Position numbers and translations under genes: made by a program. The notes under the pieces were generated by a model. The model made no database searches and was not told where the DNA came from. It was given only the letters and a program-made list of their open reading frames with translations. 64,000 nt of DNA, from NCBI GenBank assembly GCA_019309485.1, contig JAFDGC010000005.1, forward strand, positions 20,596 through 84,595. Direction: 5' to 3'. How positions within the stretch are numbered: position 1 is the first letter of the stretch; each line of letters starts with the position of its first letter. This DNA is from Deltaproteobacteria bacterium (GTDB lineage: Bacteria > Desulfobacterota > Desulfobacteria > Desulfobacterales > UBA2156). Shown piece after piece: positions 29,438-39,900 of this stretch.

Positions 29438-29665
29438 GCCGCCGTTGAAGCCCATCAAGCCCAAGCGGATCTCGGATCAAGTCTTTGACCAACTCCGGGA
29501 ACGGGTACCCCGGTAAGAAAAACGACTGCCGGGTAAAAATCGGGAACAGAATTTTGCCTTGGATCGGATGCAACAATGAGACCCATGAATACCTCCGGCC
29601 GGAAATTGGATCCCTTCGCCGCATTTTATACGGCGTATATTTGCGTCCTTTAAGGAGGACGGTCC

Positions 29666-30652
29666 TTGCCCAAAGAGATTACCCACTGGACACTGGCGAA
29701 AAGGGCGTTCCGACAATTGGGGGCAACATCTCCTTTGCGTTGTCTCCTTGAAACCCACGAAAACCTGTATCTTGTCGGCGCCGTGATCCTCGATTCCCCC
29801 TTTTATATGCAATGGGGCATGGGGGCGGCATGGATTCGAAATCAATCCGAGAAAATCCATGACACCGGACAAAATCCCTTTGCCGCCTTGGTGCCCGTAC
29901 TGGAAAATCCGTCATCTGATTCCAGGGACGGGAGCGTTGCCCTTCTGGCCGGAATTACGACCCATGTCTTTGTGGATGCCGCGTTCCATCCCATGGTGAT
30001 TCATTTCAGCGGCAATCCCAACGCCCCGGATAAAAAAATGCGGCAAAGAGCCCGGGTTCGGCATCATCTCTTCGAAACTTACCTGGATCTGTTTTTTGCC
30101 GGGAGCAGCTTTTTCTCGATAAAAACATCCACCTTTTCATGCTTTGTCAAAAAGGTCGAAATCCCCCGGCATGCCTTCATGAAGATGGTTTCCACACTCT
30201 TTTCCGCCGCCACCCCCCAAGAAACCGCTTTGATTCAAAAGGCAATACAATTGCATGCCGCACTCCAACCTCTTTTCCGCCGCACCCTTCTAAAAAAGGG
30301 GTTGCACGTATTGAACCGACTGCCCGGTGTCCGCCTGGAAGCCGTAATTTCCAACTTCTATCCGGCTCGGATACCAGGGCCGAAAACGCTTTTCCCCCGA
30401 CCTATTTCCTACCGGCATCCCGTGACGGGGGATAAACGATGTGTTCCGGTGGAGCACCTCCAAGAGGACGCATTGGCTTCCATACAAAAAGCCTTCGCCG
30501 TCCTCGACGATGCTCTTCAGCGAAGGGCTCCAGAACAGGGTATCGCCGCGTTGAAAGGGACGAATCTCTACACCGGCATGGCCGGGCGCCGGCTTGCGGA
30601 CATGCGCTATTTCAACGACACCGTTGATCTCATGTCCATAATTCTGAATTGA
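29666..30652 (+). CDS. Conserved hypothetical protein (possibly a zinc-dependent phospholipase C-like fold)
   Basis: 328-aa ORF with AAGGAGGA upstream. The N-terminal THW..A and later H-rich positions (THVFVDAAFHP) are only weakly reminiscent of the PLC/P1 fold. The function is not established. Confidence 0.35.
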   Translation: MPKEITHWTLAKRAFRQLGATSPLRCLLETHENLYLVGAVILDSPFYMQWGMGAAWIRNQSEKIHDTGQNPFAALVPVLENPSSDSRDGSVALLAGITTHVFVDAAFHPMVIHFSGNPNAPDKKMRQRARVRHHLFETYLDLFFAGSSFFSIKTSTFSCFVKKVEIPRHAFMKMVSTLFSAATPQETALIQKAIQLHAALQPLFRRTLLKKGLHVLNRLPGVRLEAVISNFYPARIPGPKTLFPRPISYRHPVTGDKRCVPVEHLQEDALASIQKAFAVLDDALQRRAPEQGIAALKGTNLYTGMAGRRLADMRYFNDTVDLMSIILN

Positions 30653-30671
30653 CCGGATCTGCCGCACCGGG

Positions 30672-30887
30672 CTATCGCCAGATTTCGGGTTTGCGCATTT
30701 TGCCCGGGGCGATGATCGGCTCCGGTCCCACCTCTTTCAATGCCGTCTCCTGATAGACCCGGAAGACATCCTCGATAAGCGTTTCCCATGCTTTCGACTC
30801 CAGGCGGGCCGACTCATCCAATTTTTGAAAGGGCGGTTTCGCGGTAAACTCGGTGAATTCCATGACCTTAACCGGATCCCCCGCCAA
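30672..30887 (-). CDS. Small hypothetical protein (71 aa)
   Basis: Track ORF with ordinary amino-acid composition. No motif recognised. Confidence 0.4.
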   Translation of the reverse strand: MAGDPVKVMEFTEFTAKPPFQKLDESARLESKAWETLIEDVFRVYQETALKEVGPEPIIAPGKMRKPEIWR

Positions 30888-30950
30888 CCGATATTTTTCT
30901 CCACCGAGACACCCGGCAAAGGGCAGGAAATCGGTCGGTTAAGGCCCCTC

Positions 30951-31880
30951 TCACGGGTTCGGGGGTGCCGTCGGCGCGCCGACCGGTACGACGACAATGG
31001 TGTGGGCCCTGAGCCGATTCAGTGCAACGCTGCTCGCCAGGATCATCGCCCCGCCCATCCAGAAGCGCAAGGTGGCCGGATCTCCGAGGAAAACGATCCC
31101 CACCCCGGCGGTAAAGACCACCTCGCTGGACATGAACACACCGCCTTCCCAACCGCGGCAGTAGAAAAACCCCTGGTTCATCAGAAGTTGGGCGAGCACC
31201 GAACTGAAGATGATGCCGAGGATCATCGCCCCTTCCATGGGGGTCGCCGGCAAAACCGGATGCCGCAGGTACATGGGCAGGGTTGCCAAAGTACCCATGG
31301 TGCAAAAATACAGATAGATGATGACCGGACCGTTATTTGCACGCAGGGTGCGGATCAGCGTTACGGTGAGTCCGGCGAACACGGAGGCGACCAGCGCCGT
31401 CAACTGGCCCAGCACCCCTCCGGCCAATTGAAAATCGAAGAGAATCGCCACCCCTAAAAGGACTGCGGCGATGCAGACGATCTCGTTTTTCCCGATGCGC
31501 TCGCCGTAGAGCAGAAAGGAAAAAAGCGCCGAAAAGACCGGAAAAGAGTAAAAGATGACCAGCGCCGTGGAGACCGGGAGCAGCCGAATGGCCGTTACCA
31601 GGCAGACAAATGCCGCCGAACCGGTGCATCCCCGTATGATGAGCAGGCGGATGTTGTTCCCCCGGTAGGGATTGTGATGGCGTCCGAAAAGGGCCAGCAG
31701 CACCAGCATCCCGCCGAAAAAGCGGTAGAAGCCGATGTCCCAGATCCTGTACTGCGGCCCCAGCTGTTTGATGATGACATTGAGCAGCGTGAAAAGGAGA
31801 GCGGCCGAGAGCATGAAAAGCGGACCGGCAACGGTCGGGTCCAACGGCACCCGGTTCCTGTCTTTTTCCATCGGGCTCAT
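30951..31880 (-). CDS. DMT-superfamily (EamA-like) transporter
   Basis: 309 aa with about 10 TM segments in two EamA-like halves. Confidence 0.8.
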   Translation of the reverse strand: MSPMEKDRNRVPLDPTVAGPLFMLSAALLFTLLNVIIKQLGPQYRIWDIGFYRFFGGMLVLLALFGRHHNPYRGNNIRLLIIRGCTGSAAFVCLVTAIRLLPVSTALVIFYSFPVFSALFSFLLYGERIGKNEIVCIAAVLLGVAILFDFQLAGGVLGQLTALVASVFAGLTVTLIRTLRANNGPVIIYLYFCTMGTLATLPMYLRHPVLPATPMEGAMILGIIFSSVLAQLLMNQGFFYCRGWEGGVFMSSEVVFTAGVGIVFLGDPATLRFWMGGAMILASSVALNRLRAHTIVVVPVGAPTAPPNP

Positions 31881-31961
31881 ACTCCGTCTGAAGAAGCATG
31901 CAACGGAAGCGGCCGCCGAATAACAGAAGTCGCTTCCTATGCTTTTATCCGGTATTGCGTC

Positions 31962-32591
31962 TCAATCGGAACCGGTCGGGGAAACGTCTGCCAAAAACTT
32001 GCGAAAAGCCGCTTTCAGCGCCGTCAGGCGCCCGGAAAAGAAATGATCGGCGCCGGGAATGATGTCGAGGTCGGCATCCGGATTCCATGAAGGAAGCATT
32101 CGGCGGACGCGGTCCACGGGGGCGATGTCGTCCCGGTCTCCCACCACGACCCGTTGAAGGGTTTCCAGACCGGTGATCCCTTTAAAATTCATGAAGGCCA
32201 CCGGCGGGGCGATCATGTTCATCGTATCGATAAAAAGCCCCTTCATCACCGCCCGGGCATTGACCCACGCCCCGAAAGAGTATCCGCATAGATGAACCGT
32301 ATGGATGCCCGAATCTTTTAAAAACGAAACGGCGGCGGCCACATCCTCCTGTTCGCCGCTTCCCTCATCGTAGCGGCCTCGGCTTCCGCCCACACCCCTG
32401 AAGTTGAAGCGCAGGGTGGAAAATCCGCATTCTGTATACGCCCGGTGCGCCGCATCCACCACGGAATTATGCATGTCGCCACCGTACAAGGGGTGAGGAT
32501 GGGTGAGAACAACGCCGCGTGACCCGGGGTGTTTTTGCAGCAGGCCCTCCAGAGTATATCCGGCCGAAACAAATGAAACGGGGATTTCCAT
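31962..32591 (-). CDS. Alpha/beta hydrolase-fold protein
   Basis: MEIPVSF...VVLTHPHPLYGGDMHNSVV and nucleophile elbow LCGYSFGAW. I chose ATG at 32591, 11 nt after the hypD stop. The upstream part of track ORF 31962..32753 overlaps hypD. Confidence 0.65.
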   Translation of the reverse strand: MEIPVSFVSAGYTLEGLLQKHPGSRGVVLTHPHPLYGGDMHNSVVDAAHRAYTECGFSTLRFNFRGVGGSRGRYDEGSGEQEDVAAAVSFLKDSGIHTVHLCGYSFGAWVNARAVMKGLFIDTMNMIAPPVAFMNFKGITGLETLQRVVVGDRDDIAPVDRVRRMLPSWNPDADLDIIPGADHFFSGRLTALKAAFRKFLADVSPTGSD

Positions 32592-32602
32592 AACACCCTG
32601 AA

Positions 32603-33694
32603 TCAATCCATATGGTATCGATAATAGGCGGCACAGGTTCCTTCGCTGGAGACCATGCAGGGCCCGACGGGGTCCTCCGGGGTGCATCTTTTCCGGAATA
32701 ACGCGCACCGGGGCGGCGACAGCACGCCGGTCAAGACCTGGCCGCAGGCGCATCCCCTGGGAGGCGGGGATTCGGGAACCGTTACGGGGATCGCTTTCCG
32801 GGCATCGAAACGGGAAAAGGTTTCCCGAATTTTCAGCCCGCTTTTCGGGATGACGCCGATGCCGCGCCAGGCAGCGTCCTCGGGCTCGAAAACACGGTGC
32901 AGGATTCCCATGGCCTTCGGGTTTCCATCTTCCGTGACCACCCGGGAATAGGCGTTTTGAAGCGTCGCCGCACCGGCTTCCGCTTGGCGCACCAGCATGA
33001 GGATCCCCTGGAGGATGTCCGTGGGCTCGAATCCGCAGATCACGCCGGGAATCGGATGCGCTTCCATCACGGAAGTATAGGCCTTCGTTCCGATGATGAC
33101 CGACACATGTCCCGGGAGGAGAAAACCGTCGATCTTGACCGCCTCGCTTTCAAGGAGCGCCTCAAGGGCGGGCGGCACCTGTTTGTGGGCTGCAACCACA
33201 AAGAAATTTTTGGTCTTTTGTTTTTCGGCCTCAAGAATCACGGCGGCCACCGTGGGCGCCGTGGTCTCGAATCCCACGCCGAGAAAGACAACCTTCCGAC
33301 CGGGGTTTTTCACGGCGATCTCAAGGGCGTCCAGTGGGGAATAGACCACCCGGATGTCCCGTCCGTTTGCACGTTCCTGCTGAAGAGAAGTATGGGTTCC
33401 GGGAACCCGCATCAGGTCCCCGAAGGTGGTGATGATGACATCCTCTTCCCGGGCCATGGCCAAAAAGGTGTCGATCTCTTCCTGGGCGGTGACGCACACC
33501 GGACACCCCGGGCCCGAAATGAGGCGGATGGTCTCCGGAAGAAGGGACCGGATGCCGGTTCTGAATACGGCCATGGTATGCGTGCCGCAGACCTCCATGA
33601 GGCGGATGGGATGCCGGCTTTCCCGGCGGATCTGTTGGAGGAGATGTTCGGCCAGTCCAGCGTTTTCGAACCCCTGAATGTCTTTTTTGTCCAT
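32603..33694 (-). CDS. hypD: Hydrogenase formation protein HypD
   Basis: MEVCGTHT, GPGCPVCV, GFETTAP and PGHVS motifs. Confidence 0.9.
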   Translation of the reverse strand: MDKKDIQGFENAGLAEHLLQQIRRESRHPIRLMEVCGTHTMAVFRTGIRSLLPETIRLISGPGCPVCVTAQEEIDTFLAMAREEDVIITTFGDLMRVPGTHTSLQQERANGRDIRVVYSPLDALEIAVKNPGRKVVFLGVGFETTAPTVAAVILEAEKQKTKNFFVVAAHKQVPPALEALLESEAVKIDGFLLPGHVSVIIGTKAYTSVMEAHPIPGVICGFEPTDILQGILMLVRQAEAGAATLQNAYSRVVTEDGNPKAMGILHRVFEPEDAAWRGIGVIPKSGLKIRETFSRFDARKAIPVTVPESPPPRGCACGQVLTGVLSPPRCALFRKRCTPEDPVGPCMVSSEGTCAAYYRYHMD

Positions 33695-33707
33695 TTCCGG
33701 ATCTCTT

Positions 33708-35993
33708 CTAAGATTTCACGGTGGCAGCGGCCACCAGCGCCTGGCCCAAGGCGATGCCGCCGTCATTGGCGGGCACCTGGGAGTGGGTATACACTTCAAA
33801 CCCGTACCGGGTCAACGCATCGACAAACCCTTTCAGAAGAATGGCGTTCTGGAAAACCCCCCCGCTGAGGGCCGCCCGGCGAATGCCCGTCTCCTCGGCA
33901 ACGGTCCGGCACACCTGGGTGAACATTTCGATCACCGTGGCGTGAAATTTTCCGCTGATGCGATGAGACGGCATTCCGTCCATCAGGTCCCGGACGATCC
34001 CTTCAATGATGGGGGCGGTAGGAATCCGGATGGGAATCTCCGGAGTCCACGGGCAGACATAGGTCTCGCGGGTGTTTTCATCGGCGATCATTTCCAGGGC
34101 CATGGCCGCCTGTCCTTCGAAACGCACCCGTTGCCTTACGCCCAAAATGGCGGCCACGCCGTCGAAAAGCCTTCCCAAACTGGAGGTAACAGGGGATTGG
34201 ATTCCCCGTTGCATCATCCGGACAACGATTCCCATGGCCTTGGGATCCATCGGGTTTAAGGAGGGAATTTTTTGAAAGTCGAACGCCGGCCCGAACGCGG
34301 CGGTAAGGTAGCTCAGCGCCATGCGCCAGGGCTCCCGGATGGCGGCCTCCCCCCCGGGCAGGGGAACCGGCTCCAGGAATGCCATGCGCTGAAACGCCCG
34401 TTCATCGGCCAATAGAATTTCCCCGCCCCAGATGGTTCCGTCCGGTCCGTACCCGGTGCCGTCAAAGGCCAGCCCGATAACCGAACCCTGAATCCGATTT
34501 TCGGCCATGCAACTGACGATATGGGCATGGTGATGCTGCACTGCCATTCGTTTTTCGGTCTTTCGCGCTTCCAGGGCCCAACGGGTGCTCAGATAGTCCG
34601 GATGCAGGTCGTGGACCACGATCCCGGGGCGGATATCCAGAATGCGTTCCAGGTGGGATACGGTCTGTTGGAAAAAGGCTTCAGTGGACGGGTTGTCCAG
34701 ATCCCCGATGTGCTGGCTCAAAAAGGCCTGGTTTTTCTTTGTCAAACAGACAGTGGATTTCAGTTCGGCGCCGCAGGCCAATACCGGCGGCGCATCGATT
34801 TTCAAAAAGATGGGCCGGGGAACAAATCCCCGGGACCGCCGAAGCATCCTGACCGCACCGGCGGTATGCCGCACGATGGAGTCGTCACTGCGCAGATAGA
34901 TATCCCGGTCGTGGATGAGGAAATAATCGGCGATCTCTTTCAGGCGGCTAAAGGCCTCTTCATTGTCGATGGCGATGGGTTCTTCGCTGAGATTCCCGCT
35001 GGTCATGACCAGGGCCGTGAAGCCGTTTTCCAGCAGGAGGTGGTGCAGGGGTGTATACGGGAGCATCACGCCGAAGTATTTGTTTTCCGGAGAAACGGCC
35101 GCCGCCAAGGGGTTCGGTTGTTTTTTTTCCAGCAAAACGATGGGCCGCTGCATTGAGGTCAGCAGGGGGCGTTCTTCAGGGCGCACCATCGCAAAGGCGA
35201 CGATGTGTTCCAGGTCCTTTGCCATCACCGCAAAGGGCTTTTCTTCGCGGCGCTTTTGTTTTCTCAGCCGCATCACCGCTTCATCCAAAACCGCATCCGC
35301 CGCCAAATGAAATCCCCCGAGCCCTTTGACGGCCACAATGGCGCCTTGTTTCAGAAGGGAAACCGTATCCCGGATCGGATCCTCCGAAGGCATCCGGCGC
35401 CCCTTTTCATCATGTAAAAACACATGGGGACCGCAGGCCGGGCAGGCGTTGGGCTGGGCATGAAACCGCCGGTCCTCAGGATCTTCGTATTCGGCCCGAC
35501 ACTTTTCGCACATAACGAAATGTTTCATGGATGTGTTGGGCCGATCGTAGGGAATGTCGTCGATAATGGTATACCGGGGACCGCAATGTGTGCAGTTGAT
35601 AAACGGATACCGGTACCGCCGGTCCCCGGGGGTAAAGAGTTCCTTCAGACAGGCATCACAAACGGCCACATCCGGGGAAATCAACGCAGATTTGCGGGAT
35701 TCGGGACGGCTCGACGCGATGGTAAAAGCGGTGCAGCCGTTCAATGTCCCTTTCGAAACAACAATCCGGGTGATGTGGGAAAGGGGAGGCGCTTTTTCGG
35801 AAAGTTCCTTGATGAAAGCCAAAACGCCTTCGGATTTTCCCTCCAGATGGATAAACACGCCGTCGGCCGTATTGGCGACTTCACCGCAAAGCGCCCGGCG
35901 GCGGGCCAATTGAAAGACAAAGGGCCGGAATCCAACTCCCTGGACGATCCCTTCCACGGTGATGTCCAGGGACAGGCGATTCTTTTCCATCAA
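33708..35993 (-). CDS. hypF: Carbamoyltransferase HypF
   Basis: Acylphosphatase-like N-terminus (VQGVGFRPFV), two zinc-finger CxxC pairs (CDACLKE, CTHCGPRY, CEKCRAEY, CPACGP), and YrdC and Kae1-like domains. Confidence 0.92.
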   Translation of the reverse strand: MMEKNRLSLDITVEGIVQGVGFRPFVFQLARRRALCGEVANTADGVFIHLEGKSEGVLAFIKELSEKAPPLSHITRIVVSKGTLNGCTAFTIASSRPESRKSALISPDVAVCDACLKELFTPGDRRYRYPFINCTHCGPRYTIIDDIPYDRPNTSMKHFVMCEKCRAEYEDPEDRRFHAQPNACPACGPHVFLHDEKGRRMPSEDPIRDTVSLLKQGAIVAVKGLGGFHLAADAVLDEAVMRLRKQKRREEKPFAVMAKDLEHIVAFAMVRPEERPLLTSMQRPIVLLEKKQPNPLAAAVSPENKYFGVMLPYTPLHHLLLENGFTALVMTSGNLSEEPIAIDNEEAFSRLKEIADYFLIHDRDIYLRSDDSIVRHTAGAVRMLRRSRGFVPRPIFLKIDAPPVLACGAELKSTVCLTKKNQAFLSQHIGDLDNPSTEAFFQQTVSHLERILDIRPGIVVHDLHPDYLSTRWALEARKTEKRMAVQHHHAHIVSCMAENRIQGSVIGLAFDGTGYGPDGTIWGGEILLADERAFQRMAFLEPVPLPGGEAAIREPWRMALSYLTAAFGPAFDFQKIPSLNPMDPKAMGIVVRMMQRGIQSPVTSSLGRLFDGVAAILGVRQRVRFEGQAAMALEMIADENTRETYVCPWTPEIPIRIPTAPIIEGIVRDLMDGMPSHRISGKFHATVIEMFTQVCRTVAEETGIRRAALSGGVFQNAILLKGFVDALTRYGFEVYTHSQVPANDGGIALGQALVAAATVKS

Positions 35994-36020
35994 ATGATTT
36001 TCGGGGCACCGGCCGGGAAA

Positions 36021-36260
36021 CTATTCCCCACCGCTTTCCCCTTCCACCAGGGCAAGGGATTCCCGCAACATCTCCAGGGTTTCCCGGGCAGCTGTTTCGT
36101 CGATCTTTTGGATGGCGAATCCGGCATGCACGATGACCCAATCCCCCACACGGGGGGCATCCAGGAGCAACAGGCTTGCTTTTCTCTTGACACCGTCCAC
36201 ATCCAGGACCGCCATTTCATTTTCGATGGCGACAATCTTCGAAGGGATCGCAAGGCACAT
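36021..36260 (-). CDS. hypC: Hydrogenase assembly chaperone HypC/HupF
   Basis: It starts MCLAIPSKIV, with the essential Cys2. The upstream 9 codons of track ORF 36021..36287 were rejected. Confidence 0.85.
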   Translation of the reverse strand: MCLAIPSKIVAIENEMAVLDVDGVKRKASLLLLDAPRVGDWVIVHAGFAIQKIDETAARETLEMLRESLALVEGESGGE

Positions 36261-36759
36261 GGGTTGTCCTTTTCTTAAAAGAAACATTCAGACGCCGCAG
36301 TTCGTCAAGGACCCGATCCGCCATGGGTGCCACCTGATTCGCCGTGGCAGGGGTCAATTGAACGCTCAGGGTTTCGATATCGGCCGGTTCCACGCCCAGG
36401 ATCACGGTTTCGGGAACCGGCGAATCCAGTGCTTGACACAGGGTGAGGGCTTCGAGGAAGTCGACTTGGTGCAATGAATTCTTGGCCCGTACCCGTTCGG
36501 GAATCGCGTCGCCTTCCAGGCGGTAAAAGGTGCCCGGTTCCCCGTGATTCCGCACGGCATCGCACACGATGAGATGATCCGCTTCGGAAATCACCCCCAA
36601 GAGATTCAACCCCAGCACCCCCCCGTCCACCAGGGAGACGTTTTCCGGAAACTCATAGCGCTCCATCAGATGCTGGATCACGCGCACCCCGAAGCCTTCG
36701 TCGGCAAAAAGGAGGTTCCCGATACCCAGGATCATGACATGGGGCTTTTTCATGGACAA
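36217..36759 (-). CDS. [NiFe]-hydrogenase maturation endopeptidase (HyaD/HybD family)
   Basis: ILGIGNLLFADEGFGVRV...VDGG...DAV...SLHQV motifs. The 3' end overlaps the hypC start by 44 nt. Confidence 0.8.
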   Translation of the reverse strand: MSMKKPHVMILGIGNLLFADEGFGVRVIQHLMERYEFPENVSLVDGGVLGLNLLGVISEADHLIVCDAVRNHGEPGTFYRLEGDAIPERVRAKNSLHQVDFLEALTLCQALDSPVPETVILGVEPADIETLSVQLTPATANQVAPMADRVLDELRRLNVSFKKRTTHVPCDPFEDCRHRK

Positions 36760-36901
36760 AATTCCACTCCCCTTCGGATTGGCTCAAGTCATCGAAGTGA
36801 CATCGGGGTCCGGATCCGGACGCGTGCCCGGATCCGGAAAAGAACTCCAAGGAGACTTTACCACGGGTTTTATTGCTGCACAAGGGCGGAAAAAACGGGG
36901 A

Positions 36902-39900
36902 CTAGGAGGACCACTGCACGGTTTCCTCGCTTGTCTCGGCCTTTTCCAGCGCATTTCTGGCCTGATCGATCAAGAGGGCCTCCTGGTTTTCGGCATTCAT
37001 TCGTCCGCCGGCGACTCCAAAAACCATTTCCGCGGCAATGCCTTCTTTTTCCCGCACTTTTCTTTCAAAACGGGTTTGAATACGCAGGCACGTTTCCCGG
37101 GAAACCGCTGCGGAGGACCCCATGAGCACCAGTCCGAAAAGCTGTCCGTCGAGGCGTCCCACCACATCGCTTCTGCGAATGGTTTCCACAATAATACGGC
37201 CTGCGATCTTCATAAACCGCTCACCGGCGGAAAAATCATTTGGGGAACCTGCGGCGCCCTCAAATCGAATTTTTGCAAGGCACAGGGATAACGGTAATTG
37301 ATGCCTGACGGCCAGATGAAACTGCCTGTGGAGGGCTTCAAAGAACCCTCTTGGATTGAAAACGCCGCTTTCTTCATCGATGAAGCAATCGGCAGTATAG
37401 CACTGGCTGATGTGTTCCAGCCGGTCACACAGAATGGAGACTAAGTTGTGAAAAAATTTATGGGCCGTGTTGGGATACAAAAACTGCAAGCGACGGATCA
37501 TTTTCCAGTTGATCTGGAGGAGTTCTCCTTCCGAGGCGGCCACCACGGTGGCCGAACGCGGCGCATTCCGAAAAAGCCCCATCTCCCCCACCACATCCCC
37601 CACCCGGATATGGCTGATGATAATATCGCCGCCGTATTTTCCGTTCATTGTGTCGGCCATGGGATTCACCACATCCAGGCCTCCGGAAATGACGGCATAC
37701 ATGAAATCGCTTTGTTCCCCTTTTCTAAAGATCACCTCCCCCGATTGAAAGGGCTTCAGGGATCCGGCCAAAAAGATATGATGGATCCGGGAGCGGGACA
37801 GATTACTGAACAAGGGGATTCCCTCCTGGGGATCTTTTCCCAATTTGAGTCGGAGCAGATCCCACAGGGTCACCAGTTCCACATGGAGCATCAGAGAAGG
37901 GAGTAGCAACAGGTCTCCCACCAAAGCGGAGGCCATGGTGATCAACATGAGAAAGCCGAATAAAGCGGTGGGCTTGAAGTTGGACGCCATCAGGATGGAG
38001 AACCCGGCGCTGATGGTGACGGTGGTAAAGACAATGGAACGCCCCACCTTTTTGAGGGTCTCGGCAAGGGCGGTTTCATCGTCCAAGCATTTTTTGAACT
38101 CCCGGTTGAAACAGACCAGATAATGGATCGTATCATCCACCGCCAAACCGATGGCGATGCTGGCAATCAGGCTGGTGGCGGCGGAAAGCGGGATTCCCAG
38201 CCACCCCATGATGCCGAAGTTCACCACGATGGGAAACAGGTTGGGGACAATGGCGATCAATCCCACCTTGAAGGATAAAAACAGGAGGAACATCAGGGAA
38301 AAGATCAGGACCATGCTGATGGAAAGGCTCTTGACCTGTCCCCGGGTCAGGATGTCGCTGGATGCCGCCACCACCATTCCGATACCGGTCACTTCGGCCG
38401 TGAGGGTCTTGGGGCAATATTCTTTCACAAGATCGTGGATTCGGTTTTGGATTTCGAGAAACTCCCGCGAACTCGACAAATGGGTCAACAACATGAGGTT
38501 GGCTTTGGAAAAATCACGACTCATAAACCCGTAGAGCATGTCTTCCCCGAACATGATCTTGTAATTGTTCAAGAGCATCCTTACTTCAAAGCCTTCTTCG
38601 GGGAGGGCATAATATTTCGGATCGAAATGATTGATGGCATAATTGACCAGCTTCATGTAGTCGGCAAAAGAAACGCTTTTGTCCACTCCCGGAAGGGTCT
38701 CTAAAGCCCTTTGGACGCGTTCGATTTCCTTGAGCATCTTTGGATCTTCAAAGGCATCTTCTTCTTTTGCGGACAGGGACACATGGACCGGGAAGCTCCC
38801 GGACAGGTGTCGCGCGATATCGTGAAAGTGCCGACTGACCGGCGCGTCCTCTTTGAAAAACTCCACCGGATTGGTTTCCACCTTCACGCGGAATATGCCG
38901 ATGATGCAAAACAGGGCGACGCCTCCCAGTATGGGCAGCGACACCCTTTGCCGATGGATGTTGACATGCGCAATCCAATTGCAGAATCGAACCGCCGCCT
39001 GTGCCGCCCGGGTGCTTTTGAGGCGTCCTCCGCCGCGTCCGGGCACGAGGGCGAAGGCTGCGGGCAAAAAGGTCAGGGCCAGAACCATGAGGACGAGGAT
39101 CCCCGTGCAGGCGAAAAGGGCAAACTCTCGGATGGCCTGTATCCGGTTTACGAAAAGGGAGGCAAGGGCCGCCACCGTGGTAAACACCGCCACCACGGTG
39201 GGGAGCGTCATGGTCGAAAAGGTGGCCAGGGCCGCCGCCGTGGGAGACGGAAACCGGTTCAGCCCCTCGTTGAACTCCGATGTAATATGGAGGCAGTAGG
39301 CGGTCCCCACGGCGATGAGAAAGATCGGGACAATCATGGTGAGCATGGACAGCGGCACCTGGAGCATGGCCATGAGGCCGAAGGTCCAGATCATGGCGAT
39401 GAGCACACAGGCCAGGGGAATGAGCATGATCCGGACGGTGGGGTACAAAAAAAAGAGGATCACGGTCATGACGGCCAGGGTGATGGGGGGAAGGAGATAG
39501 AAATCCTTCTGTGTATAGCGTGTCAGGGCATCGGAAACCACGGGCATACCGATCTGATAAAGGGTCAGATCCTCGGGAGCCCCGGCGATATACTTTTCCA
39601 CCGAACGGATCACGGCTGCCTCATCGGCATCCGGGTGCAACACCAGGGTCACCGCGGTTGCATGGCGGTCCGATGAGAGGAGGTTCTTTTCAAAAAGGGC
39701 GATTGGTGAAAGCACCGCGGCGAAGCGCTCCAGATCCCACGCACCACCGGTTTCCACCGCCGCCTTGATTTCTGGAAGGCTGATGACGCGGCGCACCCCC
39801 AAAACGGCCTTCAGGTCCGTGGAGATTCTATTGATTTTTTCAAAGGTTTTCGGATAAAGGACGTTTTTCCCCTTGATGACGACCCGGATAATTTCATCCG

